Under the pieces are notes generated by a model. It did no database searches, was not told where the DNA came from, and saw nothing but the letters and a program-made list of their open reading frames with translations. Positions 1 to 11,678 of a DNA stretch of 64,000 bases are shown piece after piece. The position numbers and the translations under genes are program-made. The stretch's first letter is position 1, and each line of letters opens with the position of its first letter. Location of the stretch: NCBI GenBank assembly GCA_012295275.1, contig CM022665.1, positions 23,064,001 to 23,128,000 of the forward strand, in the 5' to 3' direction. Source of the DNA: Chrysomallon squamiferum. Lineage: Eukaryota > Animalia > Mollusca.

Positions 1-1164
1 AATTATTCTGTTAATGGTCTTTCCCCATTCACCCACGGAAGACAGAAAGGACGATCATAATATTTTAACTTCCGCTGAAATTAATATTTAACCATTTCTT
101 TACAACAGGAAGTCTGTTCAGGCTATTGTATGGTTTTATACAGGCAAAATGTCAGGAATCAAAACTGTTAGCAGTAATAATTAAAAAAATTAACGATAAA
201 AAAAAAAAAAGAAAAAAAAAAGAACAAATCAATGAAAGAACGAAAGAAGGAACAACTGAGCTACTAACAGAATAAATAAATGAATAATCTGAAAGAAAAC
301 CATCATAATATTAAATCATTCAGAAAAGATTCTATTACGTTGTGAAAAGAAAACAAAATCTCGTGTTATTTTTGTGTAAACACAGTACTTAACACAAACC
401 TCCAGGCCACGGTATAGCAGGACACACATTAAACTGGTATTATGAGCCTCCCGCCAACCGTGCGTGCGCCGCGCCTTCATTTACTAATTATTAAACTGAT
501 ATTTAAATGGAACGAGTCTTTCTTTTTGCTCGGTCGCATCATTTGACAATTATCTAAAATGCTGCTCCCTCTGGCACGGACAAAGGCAATATCCGAGTTC
601 ACGTAGGATTATCCTTCGTTCTGTCAGCAGTTGGCGGTGAAAACAGGCAGAACTTGCTCTTTGGGCACTGGCTTTGTACACGGCTGACGTTAACACCGGT
701 GTCCCTCGATGGAGGGATTTATTAAAGACCCTTATAATCACCGCGAGTACATCACCTGGATCGAATTCTTTTCAGTTGTATGAAATAAAATACCAAACAC
801 TGGCCGTAAGTTGCATTGTGTTTACCGGTAAGCCAGGGTTATTTTGTTTTACTACGTATTAATAGAGCCATAATGAATGTGGAATGAAAACCACCGCATC
901 TGATGAAAGGATGATACGTTTATGTGTGAAAGTGATGGAAATGTTGTGGTATGGATATGTCTTTTTGTGATAGCAGTGTGTGCGTGTGTGTGTGTGCGCG
1001 AGCGCGCGTGTATTTGCTCATCCGTGTATGAGGTTGTGTGTGTTACGTGGTTAATTTGTAAAGTTTATGTAAAATGTATATTCTCGTGTACTTCTCTCTG
1101 TGTTTATAGTGTTATTTGTGCACGCGAGCATATATATAAAAGAACGAATGCATTACTGTATGTA

Positions 1165-1207
<43 letters not shown>

Positions 1208-2080
1208 CTGTATGTATGCATACATGCATATGTGTGTGTGTGTGTGTGTGAGTGAGTGCGTGTGTTTGTTTTTGCATGAACACAAATGACTGTTACGCCA
1301 GACGTCAGAGAATTATATACTTATTTAACAATCAGCCAAAATATATCAGATATATAAGTCTGTGAATGTTTTCTCTTCGATAACTAAGTTATAACATCAA
1401 AATGTCCATACATGCTGACTGAACAGTCTGAAAATGAACATTGTTTTCATATCAATTAATACAGTGCAACAGCTTAGACACAAATTAATAACTACACTGT
1501 GCGTGAAAAGGAAACCGAACGTCCATGAAACAACCTATCACACGAAACAAAAAATAATTATTTTTATCAAACAGCTTTTTATCGAAATAACAAAGATTTA
1601 ATTAACACAAAATATGCCTGATTAAGTCGGAACACAAACACGTTTTGTTATCATTATACGCTCTGTCATAATGATATTAATGTAATTTGATAGAATGGAA
1701 TGGACTGGAAGGTGGTATAACTGAAATATACTTAACAGATTTCTTAATGCACTTAAAAAAAAACTAAATGCTGAAGGAAAGAAATGAAGACTATATTACG
1801 GGTAATAACTTATTACGCTATTATTTAATAGACGTAAACGAAAATAACAGAGAAAACAGAGCTATGCGAACATTTATTTACTCCTTTTCGGCGGATATAG
1901 GTAATGGTTTAATACAACATTTAAATGGTGCTACATCAGTATTACTTTTATATTAGTATTGTGTATGTGTGTTGGTGTGTGTGTATGAATATAATTTTAA
2001 AAACGTAACATTTATTCTGTTATTGATATATGTATATATATATTTAAAACAAATAAATAAATAGAAAAATGAAAACAAAT

Positions 2081-2119
<39 letters not shown>

Positions 2120-4809
2120 TGTACTACATTACTTCAGTTTCAAAAATACTTTCAAAATGATTAACTTATTTTAACACGTAATTCAAAATTCCGTATTTTA
2201 CACTTATGATGCTTTTTTGTTTCTTTTATTTCTTTACTTTTTAAAAAAAAATATAATTTTAAAGGATAAAAAAAACTATCAGAGAAAAAATCAACACTTA
2301 AAATATGTAATACTTCTTTCTTTATTGCTTCGCTTTCATTTTTCTTCATTCTAACAACGTTTGCTGTTGCTGAATCGAAAGATAATGCTATACATTCTCT
2401 AACTTGGTTGCTTAAGGCAAACAGATCTTCGCATTTCTTCTAAAAAAAAAAAAGAATCCGCCGGTAGCGTATTAGTTAATTCTCATAATCTCTGAACATG
2501 TAACACTTTCGAAATTGACGCAGATATTTAATTTATTGCTCATGGGTAAAAAAGAAAATAATGTAGTTAAAAAGAAATATGTTAGATAGATGCCACTGAT
2601 ATTGCATATTATTACTATAATTTATTTATTTATTTATTTATTTATATTATTATTATTATTATTATTTATTTTTTTTTTTTTTTGTACCACAGTATTGATA
2701 TTTATTGTTGATATCTTGAATGATGATGATGATACTTGAGAACCAGTGTGTGTAATGTTATTATATTTCTGAATGAAGAAAACGTTTTGCGAGGAGTGGG
2801 TGGGGACTTTTTGGTTTTATGAACTTATTGGGTGTGAATGGATGGTGTTTATATCTCTGAGTTTTCCCTGTTTTTTGCATACCGATATATATATATATTA
2901 TGAATTTATTTAAGCTGGAAAATTATAGCCTTCAAAACAATGACGCTCCTTTTTTTGCTCAAGATCAGATATTCCAAACAACTTTATTTTCAAAGATAAC
3001 GAAACCCATATTCGTAAAACAAGGATCAGTTTAGCATCTTAGTTTTTTCTGTGACTGGGAATCGTGTAACCTTATATATATTACTGCCATGACTATAAGT
3101 CATGCAGCTTCGCATACATAAAGCTTGAATAGTGTAGATTCTGATTCATTCCGATAAAAAGGTCCTCAAGGGATTTCGTTCAGAAGAAGATGACGCAGAG
3201 AAGCTGTGTTCATTTTATTAAATATAAAATAAAACATAGCTCATTTTATTAGCACTCTTATTAAAGAAATAACCTTCAGTTTTTCTACTTAACCTAGATC
3301 AGAAATGCGCTTTAGTCCACTTGTAGAGTCACTACTCGATTAGCTGGATCTGTTTAATTAATGAAAGATTAGAATTATCGTGATTTAGATTTTAAAGTAC
3401 GTTTGTTTTATTTTTTGTTTTTTCCTGTGTGCTTGTGGGATATAACATAGTCATTTAGTCAGTATGGATATTTTATTAATGAGGATAATGGTGATGATGA
3501 TGACGACGATGATGATGATGATGATGATAATAATAATAACACTAATAGTAGGTAGTAGTAGTAGTCGTACGAATAAAAGTAATATAGGGTTATATATAGT
3601 TAATTAATTATAATGATCTGAGTTCTTTAAAATGCTTTTTGAAATATGAAAAATTAATGTTTTTTCTGGATAATTGTATTAAAAACAAAACAACAAAATC
3701 ATATAGTTCAGAATCCTCCGTAAAAAATAATAAACAAATTTTAAAGCGATTTCATATATATGTATATATATATGAAAACAAAACTGTTTAAACGAAAACA
3801 AGTCCCTTCAGGTTTCCCAGGGTGTCACTCAACCTATCCTAACGTTTTCCACCTCTAATCCAATCCCTCTTTTGTCCCTTCTATTCTCACTGTCACAACC
3901 CCGACATAACAAAAAACCTAAACAAGCGTGTGTAGGGACATCTCATAATCCGTTATGCCACATTCCCAACTATTTCACCCGCACAGTAACAGGGAAATAA
4001 ACCCCAAAAACCCCCTTAGACCATGTGACTTTGTAACTTGATTTGAAAGTCATCTGGCCTCCCCTGGCTTTCATTCACTCCTATTTGTATTGGCCCTCCG
4101 ATTCACTAAACAGATTAGAAAATAATCAACTGCAAATTATTCTTTCCGTTTCTTTCGGGGCGTTGTTGGTTGTTAGGACAGTCAACTATTACGCAACGTC
4201 TGTCCATTTCGCTCGTTAAACGAGTTTGCAAATAGAATTTAATTGTTCTCATAAATACTAAAGTGCTGTTAGTTTTTCTTTCGTAGAGCCACGCTGATGA
4301 AGAAACCCATGAATAATAATAATACAAAAAACAACAACAAAAAAAACGACAGTCTTCTTTTAACACGTCTTTTTCGAGATTCTTTGATTAAGTGTTAACG
4401 AAGGAAAGAAATGTTTGCTTAAAGACTCGCCAGTATTTTCGATTATCACTGACTACGTATGGTTATTGTTACACGGACAAAGAGAATGAGAGAAAAATCT
4501 ATGTTTTCACATATAAGCCATTCTCTCCAAGAAATGTTATTAATAAAGCTGTTTACTTTTTGGAATTGGGTCTGTTTCCAGCTGTTGAAGCACGCTTGCC
4601 TGGGTGCATAATTCAGAAATCGGAGTTTTAATTGAATTATTTCGAAAGAATTCCGTTTTCTAACCAAGCTGTCTAAAAAGTTATAGCAATACTTCTGAAC
4701 ATGTAAATTCATATTGAATGGTAATGCTTTTGTAAATAAAGGAAAGAGGAATAAATATATGGAAATAAACAAAAAACCCAATCCCCCAAAACCCACACCA
4801 AAAACCCAG

Positions 4810-4832
4810 TAATAATAATAATAATAATGATG

Positions 4833-4897
<65 letters not shown>
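4810..4897. repeat. (TAA)n microsatellite
   Basis: Directly visible trinucleotide array. Confidence 0.95.
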
Positions 4898-4898
<1 letters not shown>

Positions 4899-5043
4899 TT
4901 CAATAGAACAGAAATAAATTAGGTTCAAATTATTTAAGCACCATTTTCCATATAATTCGTATACAAATGGACCAGCATTTTAAAAATAACTTATGCACAA
5001 TGCTTGTCTTTTTATTACAATTTTTGTTATTATAACAGTACTG

Positions 5044-5365
<322 letters not shown>

Positions 5366-5969
5366 ATATTCATCCTATATACTGTGATCTGAGAAACTAG
5401 GTGTGTTTAATTTAATTCAGTTTCAAATTAACATTAAAGATAAATATATGCTTAAATATCAGTTATTCAGAAATGCACGTCTTTGTTATAAATTTTTGGT
5501 TTGATGTGGAAATTTGCATAATGTAATCTGAATGATTCCGAGCAACTGTATACCATAAGAGAAGAAACTTATTAAAATTAGCATATATGTATCCATAAAA
5601 TATAATATGTTACAAATAATTTATTAATGCATGCATTTTTTTTTAACAGAATGTGTTTTGCTGCAGAAGTTTATTTTTTTCTGATATATTAATTTACACA
5701 TTATTTTATATTATAAACCAAATACTGTTGATATTGGTGCATAAATAATGCATGCACATTACTGCGTCCTATTGCAACATACATAATTAACGGCACGAAT
5801 TACAGTCACTTATTTCGTTCTGTGGCTTTCAAGTTCACTGCCAGCTGATTAAAATGGATTAATAAAATATTATATTATGCTTGTCAAAGCCAAACACTGG
5901 TCACGTTAAAACCGTATATTAATTTAAGAAGCTCACAGAAAGAAATCTTCGATGTGTGCGTCGGTTTGC

Positions 5970-6245
5970 ACCTCACGTGGGCTGGACTCTCTCTCGCTCC
6001 TCCTACCAGTTTTGATTGAGGCGCGCCGAGGCGATTGACTGACATCGCCTACGCGGAAGAAATTGGAGAAAAAAAGAGGTGTGTCTTCGCCCAATCGTTT
6101 AGCAGTCAATTTTGCATTATTTAATGACACTACAAAGTGGCTCATCAGGCCGCGTTGAAATCTGACAGTGTAGATGATTATGACCACTCCTATTGTCACT
6201 TCTGCCTTTGTGTTGGTCTGCGTCTGTTTCAGTAATGGCACGGGT
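5970..6245 (+). promoter_or_regulatory. Proximal promoter of Six3/6 copy A
   Basis: Locally GC/CpG-rich segment with an E-box CACGTG (5974), GATTG motifs (6013, 6033), CCAAT (6091), an initiator-like TCAGT (6229-6233) and two blocks shared with the copy B upstream region. TSS unknown. Confidence 0.65.
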
Positions 6246-6489
6246 GCATTTCATCAGGAATGAAATATAGCGTATCAATAATGGACGGACGCGCATGAAG
6301 CTTCTTTTTTTCGCTGAGCAAAACAGACAGAAAAATCAAGTAAAGACTGAAGTTAAACAAAAACTGTTTACACGAAAGGAACTGTATTTTGTCAGAAGAT
6401 AAATTAAGACTGTAATATTTATTTTGTTATTTATATTGTGAGAAAAGTCATTTTTTTTGTTTTGTTTTTAAAAGAGACAATTTTTCATC

Positions 6490-7103
6490 ATGTTTGGCTT
6501 GGGATTGTTTGGAGAAACACCAATGCCGGCGATGTTTCCGTTGCCGACGCTTCACTTCACGCCAAACCAAGTTGCAAAGGTTTGCGAAACTTTGGAAGAG
6601 AGTGGCGACGTTGAAAGACTTGGTCGGTTTCTGTGGTCACTGCCGGTCAACCCGTCAACCTGCGAGGCACTGAACAGACATCAGTCTGTGCTTAGAGCAC
6701 GGGCTCTTGTTGCGTTCCATTCCGGCAACTTCAGAGACCTCTACCATATTCTAGAAACTCAGAAATTCTCGAGAGAATCTCACCCAAAACTACAGGCAAT
6801 ATGGATGGAGGCCCGATATCAAGAAGCCGAAAAAATCAGGGGACGACCTCTAGGTCCCGTGGACAAATACAGGGTGAGAAAGAAGTACCCGCTGCCCAGG
6901 ACGATTTGGAACGGAGAACAGAAGTCGCACTGTTTTAAAGAAAGAACGAGAAATCACCTTCGAGAATGGTACCTACAAGACCCGTACCCCAACCCAAGCA
7001 AAAAGCGAGAACTTGCTGAAGCCACTGGTCTGACGCCGACACAAGTCGGAAATTGGTTCAAGAACCGCAGACAGAGAGACAGAGCAGCTGCAGCGAAAAA
7101 TAG
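6490..7103 (+). CDS. Six3/6: Six3/6 (optix-class) homeobox gene, copy A, exon 1: Six domain + homeodomain
   Basis: The ORF encodes a Six domain ([18 protein letters not shown]...[14 protein letters not shown]) and a K50 homeodomain (aa 142-201, nt 6913-7092, [14 protein letters not shown]). The GPVDKYR and QVGNWF signatures are Six3/6-type. The exon ends at AAT AG|GTATAT, the same position as in copy B. The ORF-track tail YIIIIII is intron read-through. Confidence 0.97.
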
Positions 7104-8374
7104 GTATATTATTATTATTATTATTTAAATTATTAAATCTTACTACTATTTTAACGAAACCTTTATAAGACCATGTCGTATATATAAGAATATATCTATA
7201 ATTATTTAATCATGTTTTTGATTTCTAATAATTATATCATGTGAATATGTGTGTGTGTGTGTGTGTGTGTTTTTATAATAATAATAATAAAAAAATATAA
7301 TAATAAATATAAAATAATAAATAATATATATACATCTGCCTACCTACATATACACATACATACACAAACAGATATACGAAGTTATTATTATTATTATTAT
7401 TATTATTAATATTCAATATTTTCTTTCTTCTTCTTTGTTGAACATTTTATTATTATTATTATTATTTAAATAAGCTGTTCACAAAAGTAACGTTTATATT
7501 CCGACGGTAACAAAACTAAAGTTATTTATTATATTAATTTCGCTGGACATAACATCTTTATAACTTTTGTATTCAAGAATTAATACCTAGAAATAATGTA
7601 TTAACCTGTACGATATAGATTCATCTACCATAACAGTAAATACACGTCTAAATTATAACCTAAAATGACATAAATTATGTAGTCAAAGTGTAACAGTTTG
7701 TACGTCCGTTATCTTTTATTATCTAAATCAGTGCAGCACTAGCCGTAGGATAGCATTTATCACGTTAACATCTGTTACTTTGTAAAATGAATAATTTATA
7801 CAGTGGATTAACTGAGTGAACACACGTGCAGTGTATATAAGGGACTTCTAAGTTTTATGTACATTATGACAAAATGAATTAACGTGATACAGATTTTTAT
7901 TTTTTTTTTTTTTTTTTCTCCTCAAAGCTTTACTCCCAGAGTGTAATATTATTGTTTAAATAAACTGTAAAAATGATGCAAGTCACTGGGTTTTATAAGG
8001 CTTCAGTACTGCTGTAAAATAAAATTAAAAACAGGTTTATAAATAACGTTTTTACTAGCTTAATAAACAGAATAACTTGTAAAATAATTGCTGGAAACAG
8101 AATATAAAAATATTGACCGTAGTATTTTAAAAGGATGTGGCGGAACGATTGTTTTGATGTACTGATGATTTAGAATAAATGTAAAACAGTCTCTCTGTTC
8201 AAATATGCTGATATTGTCTTAAGACGGATTAATGAATTAATCTGTGTGTACATCAGTTTATTTTTTATTTTTATTGTTTTTGATGTTGTATTGTGATTTA
8301 ATAAGAAAATAATGTTGTTTATATTACTGATATATACACTGATCTATATATAGAGAGAATACATTATATTTTCT

Positions 8375-8376
<2 letters not shown>

Positions 8377-8405
<29 letters not shown>

Positions 8406-8478
8406 GATATATATAGATAGATAGATAGATAGATAGACAGATAGAAAGATAGATAGATTGATAGATAGATAGATAGAC

Positions 8479-8521
<43 letters not shown>

Positions 8522-8538
8522 CAGACAGATAGATAGAT
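8377..8538. repeat. (TA)n-(GATA/GACA)n microsatellite
   Basis: Directly visible; intronic. Confidence 0.95.
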
Positions 8539-8901
8539 TTGTTTGTTTGTTTATCCGTTCATCTTTTATTTGTGCAAGAAGATAAAATTGAACAACAGTT
8601 TAAGGAAAACAAACAAACAAACAAAAATCAAATCAAATAAACTGGATTTTCTGTAACATTTAAGATACTAAAGGTTATCCGTGTTTTAAATATTACGTCA
8701 ATTACTCTATTTCAGTAATATTTGAATCTGTAAAACTGTGTATATTGGTGAAACCGAGACTTCCTGAAATACTTAATTAGTTTCATGAAAACAAATAAAT
8801 AAAATGTTTTAGAAACACATCAAATCATCGTTTCATGAAAAAAGGTTTATTAATAAGAATTAATTAATTACTACTACTACTACTACTATTATATTTTCTA
8901 T

Positions 8902-8936
<35 letters not shown>

Positions 8937-10824
8937 ATACTAATAATAATAATAATAATAATAAAAAAAATAAATAAATAAATAAATAAATAAATATTTA
9001 ATTTATCAGAATGGTATATGGTAATTTTGAGAGTGAGAATTTTCAAATTGTTTTCTTACAGTAACGTACTCTAAAGCAAGACATGCAAAATACATCCAGT
9101 TCAACTAACCTTATTGTTAACATTTAACAAAAAACATTTTTTATTTTTAAATCCGCTTTCTTCGGCGCTGTATAGAATACGTTAAAGAAAGGTGCGTTAC
9201 TGGGAAAAAAACAACAAACCCAAACAAAATTCCAAACAGACTGTTTAAGGTATTAAAAATAATAGAAACCACTGTTGATTAACAAATATTTTTAATTACT
9301 GTAAATAATCTTGTAATACTCACTGTGTTGTTAGTCGGAGTTTTAATTTACTTTAAAAGTGTGAAAATCAATAAAGAAAATATATATTTATATAAATCAG
9401 TAAATCATTTAGTTTGTTAGTTTTTTTTTTTTTTTTTTTTTTTGTGAAAAAACCCAGCCCAAACAATTAACAGTAATGAATCAAAGATTATGTTAAAAAA
9501 ACAAAACAATTGATGAATCGGAACAAAATCAAAATTGATGGTAAAGTTAAGTACAGTACAGAAAGTGTGACTAAAGAATTTAACTAAAAATAAAAAATAA
9601 TAAATAGAAAAAAAATAAAACCATAATAACGATGATGACGATGACCATGATGATAATGATAATAAATAAATGAAATAAACTGAATAAAAAATAAAATTAA
9701 TAAGAAAACAGAACAAAACATATATAATATATATACACACATAGATCTATAACAGAGAGAGTAAATAAATAAATAATATCGACATTAATCGAAAATGATG
9801 ATTAATAACAATAAGCTTTAAATTATTTTCAGTTTCATCATCAGTATTTATTATCTAACATTGAAGCATCAATATGTTATTCTAAATCACAAATTTTAAC
9901 AAAAAGTAATTAAATTTACAATTTGTCGAACAGAAATTTTCACATCTAGTAAGATTTCTCATTTAATAAGTTATTGCTGCAGTAGATTAATACGGATATG
10001 CAATAAGATCAATTTTACATTATAGTGAATTATCATAAGTAAATATCGATGACAAATCTCTTTAAACCAGTAGAAGTTTCATAATAAATAATTATTAAAA
10101 TAATAATTAAAATAACAACAAAATCTGCAGAATTTTTGAGAAAAATAAATGAGGGTGATTTCAAAAATGCTAATAAATAAACTCTTGAAAATCAAAGTCT
10201 GTCCCTGTGTTTATCCTGACATCTGATTCTCTCCCTTTTCTGTACTTGTTCGTCGTAGTTATATCTTTCTTTTTATCTATCCACCTATATTTATCTGTCT
10301 ACATGTCTGTCTGTCTATCTATCTATTCGACTTCTTTTTATTGCTTTTCAAGTGTTGTATACTGAATGCACAAGTCAAGTGAATTAATGGTCACACCCAT
10401 TCAGATACATTTGGCAATACTGAGTTGAAACCCCTATAATTATAATTATTCTTGTTCCCATTTTTATTTTAATGTAATATCTTTAGTGAAGGGTTTAATT
10501 TTTTTTTTTTTTTTTTTGTCAGAACTTCCCTTGGGATCTGCCACATTTTACTTTTCGCATCCTCTTTTGTCTCATTATTAAACGCCAGCTTAAATATGTG
10601 ACTTTTAACTTTAAAAATACGGGATATAATAATAAAAACATTTAAGATATAAAATAAAAGGAGAAGAAAAACGTTTATAAAAATCAGAAAGGAACAAAGT
10701 AAATAAAGGATTAAGAAAAAAGAAGAAGACAGTGATTAAATATAGAACATTTATTATTATTTTTAAAAAAAAAAAAAGCAAAAAAAAACTAATAAAATAA
10801 AAATAAATAGAAAACACTAAAAGT

Positions 10825-10863
<39 letters not shown>

Positions 10864-11106
10864 AAAGAAAGACAACATTTGACTTTCTGCACACATCCAT
10901 AAATATTTTATTTAACAAAAAAGAAAAGAAATTTGTTGCTGTTATTAAACAAATAAAAGATTATTTAGCGATATAAACACCACGCTGCGCACCTGTTTTA
11001 GAAAACCTGCTCAACGCTTTTCATTGATAAATGAAATTTTTACACGTGCAGATATCATAATTTCTACATGCACGCGGTTCTCATTATTTTGTTGACTGCT
11101 CGAGCA

Positions 11107-11175
11107 GATACAGCGATATAGTTCGTCAAAGATGAATAGATATGTAAATATTTTTTAAAGCTATATCGCTGTATC
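11107..11175. repeat. Perfect 15-bp inverted repeat with 39-nt spacer
   Basis: GATACAGCGATATAG (11107-11121) is the exact reverse complement of CTATATCGCTGTATC (11161-11175). Confidence 0.9.
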
Positions 11176-11420
11176 AGGTGTGTGCTAGCAAACGCGAATC
11201 AACGTCGTACATATATAATGGTTATTTACTCCGCACAATATAATCACAGATAGATGCTCACGTTTAAACAGAAACTGTTTTAATACAAACATCAAACCTG
11301 CGGATAATCCGAGCATACAGATTTAAATAAAGATAGTTTTTATTCATTTTCATAATTATAATGATTTTATTTTATTAATGATAATGATGACATGATAGTA
11401 GTAGTAGTAGCAGAAGTAGT

Positions 11421-11456
<36 letters not shown>

Positions 11457-11632
11457 CGGTTGATTTCAGAATTATATTTATATGCATATGGAAAATGTGT
11501 TTATTTATTTGTTTATTTATTTATTTATTTTCTCTGTTATCTCTCTTTGTGTGTATATATAATTTACATGTCTGATTTTATTTGTTGTTTTTGTGACAAA
11601 GCATACAAATATGACTTTAAATAATTTTCATA

Positions 11633-11678
<46 letters not shown>

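Noticed and set aside
6490-7103. Copy A as Six1/2 or Six4/5, i.e. an ordinary SIX cluster neighbour
   Set aside because: It has QKSH (not ETSY or ETVY), GPVDKYR, QVGNWF and the Six3/6-type insertion (PVNPST) in the Six domain.
11121-11138. 17/18-nt match to 53962-53979 (GTTCGTCAAAGATGRATA)
   Set aside because: An isolated match of this length is plausible by chance in a 64-kb self-comparison, and the flanks do not align.
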